NCBI GenBank assembly: GCA_030167865.1
Contig: JALAGF010000281.1
Location: 1-52,154, forward strand
Reading direction: 5' to 3'
Length of the DNA: 52,154 nt
Source of the DNA: Craspedostauros australis
Taxonomy: Eukaryota
Below are positions 1-12,100 of the stretch, one piece after another. Every line of letters begins with the position of its first letter. The first letter of the stretch is position 1. The notes beneath the pieces are model-generated. The model did no database searches and was not told the DNA's origin. It saw nothing but the letters and a program-made list of their open reading frames with translations. The position numbers were made by a program, and so were the translations under genes.

Positions 1-520
1 TCTGGGTAATTTTCCTGTTGCTATGGACACTATAATGAGTAGGTTGGTATGCTTAGTTTGGTTGTAATCGAAGAAAAAGTGCCACTCTACTTTACCAAAG
101 GTTGGTCCACTCGCTCACCTGGGTCTTACGACACCCTTCTCGTGTCACACACGCTCTTCCCTTTTCTCAACGCATCTTGTCTCATCACCCAGCTGTGTTC
201 GCACGCAAGTACATTTGCACCACCGGATTGCTTGATTTTTTCGTTCGCAGGTCGAGAGACCGAAACTGCTTTCGCTGCAGTCATCTTGCGAACAATCACA
301 TCACCACTGACTGCCAACAATGTGCAATTGACTCCTCTCATGGCTCGCACTCGCGCTCGTACGTTTCCTGATACTCTTCGACTCGAAACACCATCGCACG
401 CCATTCCATTGACGGCATCGAGGTGCTGTACTCGCACCATCAGCAGCATACTCTCCTTTGCATCAGTACTCTGCTGCTGCGACGACAAGTATCTTCGAAG
501 CATATCTCAAGAAAACGAGG

Positions 521-1855
521 ATGACACCTCCCAGTCGAGCGCAACCGAACACGCTGGCATGGCTGGTACAGTTTGCGCTGGGTGCGGCTGCTGCCCTATC
601 GGCCGTCTTTGTATCGAACCATCTGCAGAAGGCGGGGACGACGAAGGCTCAGAAGCAGACCGGCGGGACAGACAAGCCATCGACCAATCGCACGCTGGAC
701 ACGAACGGCGCGTTGCAGCAGCGGCAACAACAGAAGCCGGACGATGATGCCATCATGGACACTCCGAACCTGGAGAACCGGATACTGCGCAAGGCCGAGA
801 CAGTGATTCAGTGGCGCACGACGAGGCTGATCCTGATCATCGAGCGCTGCACGAACGATCACAACTACTCCGCCATCCTGCGCACGGCCGAAGCGCTGGG
901 CATCCAGATCGTGTGGACGATTGAGCCACCCGTTCCGGAGGACACAGGAACGGCGCAGTTGGATACGCGCAACAAGAACGCGCAACGTTCGGAGGAGGAG
1001 CTGAAGACCCGCGCGATGCACCACCTGTTCGCTCAGAAGGCGACGGATTGGCTGACGATCCGCGATTTCGCCACGACCGAGGAATGCGTGGCGGCGGCCA
1101 AGGAACTGGGGTACCAGCTGTGGGTGACGGACCTGTCGCAGGAGGCGGAGTGTCTGACGATGACGTCGCCGGCCGTGCCCGACAAGGTGGCGTTGGTGAT
1201 GGGGACGGAGGCCGTGGGGTGCTCGCAGACCATGCTGAACAGCGCCGACAAGCGGGTGTACCTGCCGCAGCGCGGGTTTGCGGACTCGTTGAATATCAGC
1301 GTGGCGACGGCTCTGGTGATCCACCAGCTGTTCAGCATGGAGCCGTCGCTGATCGGTGGCATCTCGGAGAGCGAGAAGCACGAGCTGCGCAAGAACTGGT
1401 ACACGAAGCTGGCTTCGCAGCGCATCCTGACGTCGTCGCAGAAGAAGCAGCGGCACAAGCTGAAGATGAACCTGCGGACGTGCAAGTCGTTCCGCGAGAG
1501 GCTGGCGCGCGATCCCGACCTGAAGGTGATGCCGAAGGAAGCCGCGAAGCTGGAGAAGGAGGCGGAGTACCGTGCGGAGCTGGAGTCGATCGAGGCGCTG
1601 GTGTCGTTCGACCGAGTGCAGGAGGCCATTCAGGAATGGATCGAGCGGCCCCCGCCGGCCCTGACAGACATGCGGCGCGCCGACATCCACCGCGTGACGT
1701 TCGTGGGGAAGAAGACGAAGAAGCAGCATGCCAGCGATTGGAAGAACATGGTGGCGACGTCGACTCAAAACACCCAGGCGGGCGCGACCGCAAAGGCGTT
1801 CCGCGAAAAGATGGGGCTGTCGGTCGATCTGGATTCTTGTCAGGGCAAGAGTTAG
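521..1855 (+). CDS. SpoU/TrmH-family (SPOUT) RNA 2'-O-ribose methyltransferase, tRNA Gm18 methylase-like, about 444 aa
   Basis: First in-frame ATG of ORF 458..1855 is at 521. All three SpoU motifs are present: LIIERCTNDHNYSAILRTAEALG, VALVMGTEAVG and VYLPQRGFADSLNISVATALV. There is an N-terminal hydrophobic segment (LAWLVQFALGAAAALSAVFV) and strong GC3 codon bias. Confidence 0.9.
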   Translation: MTPPSRAQPNTLAWLVQFALGAAAALSAVFVSNHLQKAGTTKAQKQTGGTDKPSTNRTLDTNGALQQRQQQKPDDDAIMDTPNLENRILRKAETVIQWRTTRLILIIERCTNDHNYSAILRTAEALGIQIVWTIEPPVPEDTGTAQLDTRNKNAQRSEEELKTRAMHHLFAQKATDWLTIRDFATTEECVAAAKELGYQLWVTDLSQEAECLTMTSPAVPDKVALVMGTEAVGCSQTMLNSADKRVYLPQRGFADSLNISVATALVIHQLFSMEPSLIGGISESEKHELRKNWYTKLASQRILTSSQKKQRHKLKMNLRTCKSFRERLARDPDLKVMPKEAAKLEKEAEYRAELESIEALVSFDRVQEAIQEWIERPPPALTDMRRADIHRVTFVGKKTKKQHASDWKNMVATSTQNTQAGATAKAFREKMGLSVDLDSCQGKS

Positions 1856-2867
1856 AGCTCCTGCAAGTGGGCTCTGTGGAGGTACGAGGAGTAACATCGC
1901 GTGCAATCACAATATAACATGGTGCCTATTGCCGTCGTACCATACGACTGATTGTATTATGTGACTCCTACAAGCTCTCTCCCACGAGTATAGTAGATCG
2001 TGTCTGCACCGTGGAGAGTTACAGAGCGCGCTGCGAAGAATAGCGTGTTCGTGGCTTGGCTTTTCTCACGTGCGCGATTGATTCCCGAGTTGTCTAGTCC
2101 CGTCCCATGAGGAACACACGTTTGATGGATGATTTGGGCCCAAAAAGTGTTTTTTGTTGCTGTGTCAAATGGGATGTTCTGATTGGACCGCACGAGTCCT
2201 ACGTGACATTGATGCGTCGCAAGTCATTTGTTGTGGAACTGCCAAAGAAACAAAAGGCGATCCCCATCGTTTTCTTCGTTTGCGCGTGAGGATTCGACGA
2301 ATGTGGCGGCAATGGTGGCAGTGTCTGTCGTTGCATCTTTGTTGCTTCGTCTCTCCTTGGTTGGTTTGGTGGTTGTCACGCTGGCCCAGTTCTCCCTTGT
2401 TGTTCTGCCAGTGCGTGGGTTTGTTGGTTGTCATCGTCTGACAGTTTTGGACACAATTTGGGCAGCCACTGCTCTCTATCGGGAGACAGCATCGAAGCTG
2501 GAAGCAGGATATAGCATAATATAGAATAGTATTCTATTCTATTATACAATACTACACGTATTCTACGATCGACTATATCAAGCAACGCGGAACAAGGCGC
2601 AGAGTTCCCCGTGCCATACAGACACCATAGTCGTAGGGTTGGTCCTTCGCGTCTGCGTCCATCTTGTTTGCAGAGGGGAAGGAGGCAGAGGCAAGAAACT
2701 GGAAGGTGTCTCCGTTGCTGATCACGAGCAAGGCAGAGCGAAGGTGGTTGGATCTCTCCATTGGCGGAGACAGAGTGTTGGGACGAGCATCAGAGGACTC
2801 TCTCTATCTCGCTCTTGCTCTTGCTTTCTCAAGAGACGCGGCAAGCCACTCTAGAGGTCAAAACATC

Positions 2868-5800
2868 ATGCCATTCGCTCAGGAGATCATGTCTTCTGTA
2901 TCCACCTCATCCTCCGTCTACGATCTGCCAGCCATCGAGGAATGCCTCTTCGGTCCAACGGGGGTCCGTCCATCGATGCCTGCGACCTCCAATGCAAAGG
3001 CCAGCTCGGATCGCAAGGATAAGAAGAGCAAGAAGCGGGAGAAGCACTCCAAGGCCACCACCACAACGCGGAAAAAGTTCTCCAAATCGGGTGCTCGCGG
3101 TGGAGGTCTCAAGGACTTTCTGGAGCGCGGAGGATTGCCTGCAGATGATAGTGACATTGAGCATGACAATGATAATGACAATCAGAATGAGAACAATGAT
3201 GTTGATGACGGCAATGACGCTAACGACGCTAACGACGGTGGTGGCATTGGTCAAGGGAAGAGCGAAGACATGGATGTGGAGGTTGCTGACAACACCAATA
3301 CCAATACTAATGCTGACCATCCTCACAAGGACCATACCTCAAACAACAATGCAGGCAACAATGCAGACACGAATACAACTGAACCTGCGAAGGCAGCAGC
3401 AAATGGACAAGGACCAGGGAACCCTCAGGATGTTGATGGAGATGGAGATGTTGATGGAAGTACCACCGGTGTCGCAGAGATAGCTACGAATGTATCGACA
3501 ACCACAAACATGACCACCGGTGCAAAGACGACCACCGATTCTCATCAAGGGAATGATGGACCGCGAACGGACGGCATCAGTGATGGCAGAGACATTCAGC
3601 ACAAACAGAATCCATCCATCCACGACGCAGACGCAGACGCAGACGCAGATACAAACGCAATTGACAACGCAATTAGCAACAAGGGCGTGAGCAGCTCAAC
3701 CTTCAGCGAAGTCTTGCAGCTTGACATACCGTCGCCTTCACCAACCTCCACTGCGCGTGCGACATCGCGCAACGGATCCATCCATTCATCCAACGGCACC
3801 GGCTCGCAGGATGACATCGTCATGTCTCATTGGAGCGAACCACCTGCCGCTGCTGCTCCCGCGATGTTACGGACGCCGGCGCTGCAGAAGCACTACTTTG
3901 CCGATGACTACGACCCCAACGATCACACCATCGACCTGCCTCTGCTGCGCACGCTCTCCAGCCAGGGCATTCCCGATGAAGGCAGCTTCCGGGCTCTCAC
4001 CTGGCGCGTGCTCCTGGGATTGCTGCCCTACCGCAAGATCCATTCCAACTGGGGCAAATCATTGCAGGCCCAGCGTGACCTCTACCGCGAGCTGTGCCTC
4101 GAGTACTTCTGCAACCCCATCGATGGTGGCCGTCATCTGCGGGGGACCTGGACCAAGAAGCTCAGGCACTGTACCAAGCAGCAGCGTCACAAGTACGTGC
4201 ACTCCATCCAAAGATTGGACGGAGACGATCGCAAGAACCAACGTTCCAATGATCATGGCAGCGACGACAATGAAGACACGGATGAAGACATCGACTTTGA
4301 TATTCGCGGGCAAACCGCCAGCGACGATGACGACAATGAACACGACCACGACAACAGTGATGATGATCATGACGACGACGACGACGATGACGGTCGCTCT
4401 GTGGGGACGCACCAAACCGAGCATTCACGAATGGAAAGAAAGACACGGAAAGGTCAGAAGGCATACTCCTACTACAGATCAATCGAGCAGCAGCTGGCAC
4501 CCAAGCTGCGAGAGCAATGGCAAAAGACCGGCCTCTCCTCATCTCTCGATGCCAACTCTGTCGTCAAGCCCTACATCGCTCCTGAGCTATCCAAAGCCAC
4601 ATCCGCCGCGCCCTCGTCAGCGTCAATTTCAACGGCAACGTCCACCGCGAGATCACCCTTCCGTCGGCGACGACGCAACCAAGATTCCAAGAATCAACAA
4701 TCTTCCACATCCGCTGGCACCACCAGCAAGAATAGCAATGGCACCAACAACGCGGAGACCTTCGCATCCGTGACGGACAACTCGCTCTCGCGCTCCACGT
4801 TGCGTGGGCTGTCGCAAAATCAGCTCGCAGTGCCCAAGGCTCTCAAGCGCAACGAGACTGCGACTCCCTCCGCCATGAAGGCCTTCCTCGAGCAGGCTAA
4901 ATCCCTCGCCTCCATTCGCAAGGACACGGTGCGCACGCATCCCGACCTCTACTTCTTCTTGGAACCGGATCAGAATTTAGGTCTCCGGCGGTATGCCGCG
5001 CTGGAGCGCATCCTCTTCATCTGGGCAAAGCTCAACAAAGGGGTGAGTATTCTACCGGGCCTGCAAGTTCAGTTCCGTTCAGTGCAAACAAAACTGTTGT
5101 AGCGTTGTGGCGTTGGCAGATTGCATTGGCTGACTACGAGTACATTGGTTGTGTTGGTGTCGGTGTTGACGTTGACGTTGACGTTGACGTTGACGTGTTA
5201 CGCTTATTGGTTGTTTGCTGGATTCATCCATTTGCATCACATAACACCTCACGTCACATCATTCCTGTCCGCGACGTTGCTATGCTCTACTCTACTCGAC
5301 CTTTGTCCCTACAATCCCGCATGCACGTCCGCATCCACATTCGCATTCCTCTCCGTGACTGCATCTCCAGGTATGCTACGTGCAAGGCATGAACGAGATT
5401 GTTGGAACTCTGTTTTATGTGCTTGCGAATGACGTCAACGCGGATTGGGCCAAGCATGCGGAAGCCGATACGTACTGGCTATTTGATGTCCTCATGCGAG
5501 AACTTCGTGATATCTACATGCCAGACAAGGATCATGATGACGACGGCATTCACGCCAGGCTGGAGGATATCGAAATACTGCTGTCCCGGCACGATCCCCA
5601 GTTGCAGCAACACTTGCAGCAGATGGGGATCAACACGTCCCTCTACGCTGTCCGATGGGTCACAACGTTGCTTTCACGAGAATTCTTGCTGCCCGATACC
5701 ATCCGGATGTGGGATTCCATCTTCGCTGCCACGGACATGGAGGACTTCCTTCGCTATGTCTGCGTCACCATGATCGTCATGATCCGCAACGATTTGATGC

Positions 5801-7347
5801 GGGGCGATTTTTCGGAATGCCTGCGGTTGCTGCATGATTACCCGAGCCAGAACGTCGATCAGTTGTTGGACTCCAGCCGGGCCTTGCAAATGTACGATGC
5901 GGAGATCATGAGGACGTGCCGCAACCCAGCATCCGCGCCTGTCGGGCTGCGAAAGTATAGAACTGGTGGTACGATGTCGCTGCATCAGGCCCTGCAGGTC
6001 GTGGACCCGCCGCGCGGCCTGGTCATGGCATTCGGTTATCCGCAGGTCGTGCTTGACAAAGCGTATCAACATGCCATCGCCACAGCCGCCGCTGCCGCTG
6101 CCGCAGCTGCTGCCACCAGCACCAACGAAAGCAGCACGAGCACCAGCATTTTTGGAAAAGCGAAACGTTTTTGGAGCGGATGGAAGGATACTTCTGCTCA
6201 GAGCGTTCCTGCTGCAACGTCGGCACCGACAACACCTACGGTGGATACAAGCATTGGCACGAGTCCAAGCACAAGTACGAGTCCGAGTTGGAGCAATCTT
6301 CAGGACGGCGCAACCAAATCTGCGCAATCCAGCAACAATCACAATAATGATACCAACGGCACTCCTCCGCTCGTCAACGAAAGCGTGGGCAACGTGGGTG
6401 GAATCGAACGCAACGCCAGTGGCAACGCCAGCAACGGCACCAACGTTGACGCAATCGCGTCAATGCCACCGGAACCTCCTTCACGAATTTGGAAACGCGG
6501 TACCTCGGAGCCCCTTCGGACGATGGATTCCAGCTCATCCAAGGGCACCGAGACGAGCAACGCAGCCTCGGTGGCATCTTCGACCGCAGTCGCACTGCCA
6601 GTGTCAGAAAAACCTGCGCGCTCCAGATTTTGGAATCGGGCACGAGCCCAGAGCAGTGGCGCGACGGCTAACCAATCCGTCGTGAATCCTGATCTGATAC
6701 AAGTGGGAGCGGCGCCGGACACAATCAATATGTCCTTCACACCGATCGTGAACACCATGCCAACCGTGTCGATCGTTGGAGTGGCAGCAACAGAAGGAAC
6801 CACAGCACCGTCGGTTCCCCCGCTACCACCGTCCTCCTCGCCGCCATCGACAACGTCGGCAACATCGCCCGCTTCCAGGATATGGAATCGTGGAAGAGCA
6901 TCAGCTCAAACCATGGGCGACACAAGCGACGTGGGAATCGCCAATATCTACGCAACGGCAACAACAATGCCGACGATGTCAACGATGCCAAGGATGCCAA
7001 CAATGACTGGGGTTGCAGTTATCACCCCGACCAAGTCCGGCTCTGAAGTTGCGGCAGCCGGGACATCTCCCGCGCCCAATCATGCATCGACGCTGACACT
7101 GACACCGAGAGCGTCGGACGCAGGCATGCCATCGGCAAACGGAGGCACCAAGAGCGTCGCGCCGGGACGAGCCGCTCCACCTTCCCGAATGTGGAACCGC
7201 AGCAACGATGCCAATTCGAGCATGTCCGCCCCCGGGTCGTTATCCCCTACCTCGAAGCAGGAGGCCACGCCGCTGTCCCTGTCCAACCTCCCCGCTGAAG
7301 TGTCGGAACGCGTATCTCGAGACATCCTCGAGATTTTGAGTTCGTGA
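2868..7347 (+). CDS. TBC-domain Rab GTPase-activating protein (TBC1D13-like), two exons: join(2868..5042,5371..7347), about 1383 aa
   Basis: Motifs RALTWRVLLGLLP, arginine finger IRKDTVRT and, after splicing, NKG|VCYVQGMNE (glutamine finger), then YAVRWVTTLLSREFLLPDTIRMWDSIF. A GTGAGT...CTCCAG phase-0 intron joins ORFs 2664..5102 and 5380..7347 in frame. The start ATG is uncertain and an upstream exon is possible. Confidence 0.9.
5043..5370 (+). other. Spliceosomal intron (328 bp, phase 0) in the TBC gene
   Basis: Donor GTGAGT at 5043 and pyrimidine-rich acceptor ending CTCCAG at 5370. Removal restores the conserved TBC YxQGMNE motif. Confidence 0.9.
5165..5194 (+). repeat. (GTTGAC)5 microsatellite inside the TBC intron
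   Basis: Five perfect copies read directly from the sequence. Confidence 0.9.
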
Positions 7348-9142
7348 GCCAGCAACCCATAATCGCACGAGGATGCGTATGTGTATGCGTATGCATTTGT
7401 ACGAGTACTCGCATGGCAGAATGGGCATGGTGGAACCAAGCGGAGCATGATGCGTGATTGTGATTGCGATCCTGCAATTGTGAGTACTGGCGCGCGTTTG
7501 GTACAATACCTTGTCACACCTCGCACATCACTCTTCCGGCTACAAGTGCACGAATATGATGCATGACAATACACATATAATGCGCTAAAGTATAACAATA
7601 TACTCCTGAACCTATTCTATTCTATTATCTGTCTGTCTATCTCTGCTGTGACTGTACTCGTAGCTCGCATGCTGGGTACGGTATTGTTAGGCTGACGCAA
7701 TCACGACGTCCAAGCGCGTGTGTCATTTGGCGCATTCCAACTATCCTATACTGTAGAATACAATTTGAACTAGACATAGCACTTCATTAGGCTCATTCTC
7801 AATTGCTTCCGTTCTCCACGAATCAGTGACGACTCAATCGACCACGACAGTGCTGTGAACCTGTGTTGCCGCTACTCTCCCTGTGACTATTTCTGTCGAT
7901 GGGTTTGTCACGTCACCGTTTGGTGGGCGCCATTGATAAATTCTTCGACGAGAGTGACCGTTCCCATAACTGGACAAGATCATCGCCCTCGGTCTTTTCG
8001 GCGTGAAGATGGAGAGGTGGGAATTCGGTTTGCGGAGAATCCGAACAGGGTGGCTGTGCGGCGTGGCTCGTGTTTGTGTTTGCCGCGTTTGGCGTGAGGT
8101 GTAGCGACAGGGTTGTACGAGACAACCGCGTTGACGGGACTGTTGGGAGTCGAAGTGAAGACAACATCACTCAGGTGTGTTTCGTTGTGGGTGAAAACAC
8201 GAACAGGTCAACAACAACAACAACAGGGCGCGAAGCAAGGGATCAGGACGCGGATTGCGACAACACGCCACCCAATGCAGCGGAGATAACGGGGCATCTC
8301 CAACAACAACTCAGACACATGCGCGCGTATAGTATCATACCTACGAGCTGCGGATACAAGCATCGTCAGGAGCGTCATACGTAATCGAGAGCAGAGAGTG
8401 GATCTGTTGGTTGTGGAATTCGTTGATTCGGAGACAACGGAAGAGCCTGGCACAAAAAGAGGAGGCGCGCACGAGGTACGAGGTTAGTGGTACGAACTGC
8501 TCTATGCCGTAAACACTGAAAGCGAGCGACACTGGTGGAGGCAGTGCGAGATATTTGCCTCGTGACAGTTCCTACGCGCGCCAAAAGGAAGAACAGCAGC
8601 GAAGGATCAAACAAGATCAAGAGAGAGAAGCAGCCGCGCTGATCATCCCACCAAGAAACATCACAAATAGTCGTACCGCAGACATCGCAGGCATCGCAGG
8701 CATCACCATCAACTGAAAGAACATCAGCAGACGATAGCTGACGACAGCTGACGACAACAGCGAAAGTGAAAGCGGAAGGAGCGGGCATACAGAGACCGAA
8801 CGGAGCCTATCCGTACACAAAGGAAGTTGCATCCACTCTCGTTGCTGGTTCTGTCGATCTCGTGCGACCACCACACAACACATCTCCCAGAAGAGAGAGA
8901 CAGAGAGAGAGGAATCTTACTCGGAGCAGTCATAGCAGTACTGGTGGCAGCACCATACGACGGCTCGGAGACCGTTCTCTTGTGCATCAAGACGCTCTTG
9001 AACACCTCCGCAGCCACTCTGCGCGTTATACTCTGACACTGACACTTCCCGCAGTTGTACTCTGTGTAAAGGTAAAGCACTGTGTAAAGCACATTGCGAA
9101 CAACACAGAGTGCGCACTATCGCCATGCGCTGCTGATCCACA

Positions 9143-12100
9143 ATGAAGAACCCATTCAAGAAGAAGAAGAGCAAGCAGCAAGACAAGCAGAGCAGCAAGC
9201 GCAAGAAGGGAAAGGCACAGCAGCATGTTCGACAGCAGCAACATCAACAACAACAGAAACAAGATGAAGCAGGACCGGCAACGGCCATGGAAGATGCGAC
9301 AACCATCGGACCGCTCCATCAGAACGCTCGCAAGGAATCTGCGCCTCTTCCTTCCTCTCTTGGCTACGCTCTTCACAATCCAAGAGAGCGGCATCCCATG
9401 CCCTCTTCAACCATGAATGGGGATGCAAACGATCCCGTTGTGAGCCCAACTCACTCCAGGAGTCTCAGTCTCGATCACGTCCACAACATGGATTACATGG
9501 ATAGCACTGACGATGATGACGTTGACGTTGATGATGATGTGTACATTGACATTGACACTCATGCTGACACTCATGCTGACGATAAGACGACCATCACAGA
9601 GACTCATGCTCGCAAACAAGCACGTGCAGAATCGTCCCGGTACTCCTCAGAAGACTCCACGGGAAGTGGCAAGCCTTCAGGGTCTCTGGAGACACCAACG
9701 GCTCCTCTCACTCCGGACAGCTACCACAGTCGTTACAGTCAAAACCATCCTGCCACAGCATTGTCCACAACATCCACAACATCCACACCACCATCTGCAG
9801 CTTCAGCTACACCTTCAGCCAAGTTCAGACGCAGGGGCGTGTTCCAAACGAAGAAGCAACGCGATCTGGACACCTCTGGACCATTTGCTTGGAACAACAA
9901 TGGAAACAACAATGCAAACAACAGCGACATCATCACTTCTCAACCTCCCAATCGAAACTATTCCAATGCATCCGCTGCCACAGCTACATCTACATCCCTA
10001 TCTGCAACCGCATCCATGAAGGCACAGCACTATGACTACAGCGCCCCACTGGTCGCACCAGAGCCGCCGCAGCCAAGGGAGTCGTCGCGTATGTCAACTT
10101 TATCAGCAAAGCAACCTCCAAGGACCGCGAGCACTGCCAGCAATGCATCTCGGACAGCCCACCCAGCACGATCAACGCACAACTCGCCAAACCAACCGCG
10201 CACCAAGCAATCATCAGCCTCCAAATCTGCCTTGCGCCGACGAAGGAGTCTCGTCCTTCTTCGTTCCGCCACGGGAGGCAGCAGTCGCACCAACCAAAGC
10301 GGTGGCAGCGTCACCGGATCTGCTGCAACAGCGGCGGTCCGAACGGTCAGCTTCGCCAAGGAGACGGGAAAGAAGGCCGCGGCGAGACTGCGCCAGAGTC
10401 TGCGCCGGTCAGGGGATGGCTTCTTCGCGCATTCCTCTTCCGCCTCGGCTCGAAGCCATGACAAGGACGATGACGATGCCTCCCACCATCGCAAGCCCAC
10501 CTGGACGGCGATCTCCGGCATCACGGACATTGAGATCCTGGCGCAAAAGTCAGGCATCAACACGGCCGAGGAGCGATTCAAGGTCATGCCGGATTACGCC
10601 TACCCGCACGTCCGCATGAACAGGGACGAGCTCAGGGCCGAGTGCCGCAAGACCTCCACCTACTTTCATACCTTCCGCACCGTCCATGAGCGCAACCCCC
10701 CTGTCACCACCACCTCCACTCTGCGCCAAAGCCTTCACGTCAGCGACACCGACAACCGCCCCAACAGCAACAACAGCAACTTCTCCATCGACTCTTCCTA
10801 TGACAACACGACGGGGCAGCCGCTCGCTGTGCCACAGGCCAACCAACGGCCACAGGATCAACCGACGGAACGTCTCCTCAACTCAACGGCGCTCTACAAA
10901 CACGACCGCTCCGTCATCGGCACCCTCTCCGTGGAAGTCATGCAGTGCTTCGGCATCCCTCGCCCAGGACTCCTAGAAGAGTCCACCGCATTCTGCGTAT
11001 CCGTATGCGGACCCCATGCCTTCCAGACCGACGTCATGCCGCCCGTCGCCAATCCCATGTGGCTCTCCAAGATGAGGAGGGCCTGCATCTTCCCAATATA
11101 CCAGGCCTACGAAGACCTTTGCGTAGGCGTCTTCTCGCGACAGCAAGGCGCCAAGGACGGCTTCGCGGGACGCGTGGTCATCAACATATGCAGGCTCAGG
11201 CCGGGGTCCACGTACGACGTCACCCTCCCATTGCGCATGTTCGCACACATATACTCCAGGCAGCAGCGTGGGGCCATCCGACTGCGATTCCACCTCGACT
11301 GGTACGATGAGCAAAAGGCGGTCCTCAGCTACCTACCCAACATCCGTCTGCCCATCCACAAACCCACCAGCAAGAAAGCCAAGCAGCTATCCAATCAGAA
11401 CTACATCCCGCATCACGCGAGCACTTGGGTGGGATGGATCAAGGATCGGGCGGAGAACGTCACCTCCATCCTGCCGGCCGTGCCCTTCCTTGACAAAGTC
11501 AAAGGTACTTCTGCAACCAGCATGGCAGACGACACCAACCTGGCACAGGACGAGATCAACCAGAAGTATGACTACGGAGACACGATGGACGATGATCCGA
11601 CAAGCAACGCTAGCAACGCCAACAATGACAATGCAAGCAATCAGCACAAACCAATTACCAGGAAGGATCGGCAACCCTTGGGGCTCTCAGCGTCGCTCTC
11701 GCCAGCAGCCATGCCAAGAAAACCCTACGGCAGAGACCGCAAGAGGGGGACCATCACATCATCGACAGCTCGATCGAGATCCGTGCTCCAGCCATCGCCT
11801 GCGTCGGCCGCCTCCTCAACCTCCACGCCAAGCAACCCAGCACTCTCCGAGACAGGGACACAACAGGAACCGCCGCCTCTGCCTCAGCCAACCATCGCGT
11901 GCTGCGACGCCAAGGGATTCCAGAACGTGGCCCGCGTGGTCCATGGAGTTGACATGCCAGGCAAATTCAGCATGAAACGCATCAAGGCAATCTCCCGAGA
12001 AATCACATTCACGCAAATACACATCCTGCGCTACCTGCGCCGACGGGAGCTCCACTATCTGCACACGTGGAAATCGCCCGTCATCTCCGGATTCGTCTTC

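Noticed and set aside
49-747. 232-aa ORF overlapping the TrmH start
   Set aside because: No recognisable features, and it overlaps a well-supported gene in another frame.
596-1917. Long overlapping ORFs (596..1906 -, 1048..1917 +, 1332..1910 -)
   Set aside because: Shadow frames caused by the GC3 bias of the TrmH gene, with no protein-like motifs.
2312-2524. 70-aa ORF resembling a signal peptide plus G-F plastid-targeting motif
   Set aside because: Hydrophobicity is explained by GT-rich low-complexity DNA, and I found no phase-compatible splice to the TBC exon.
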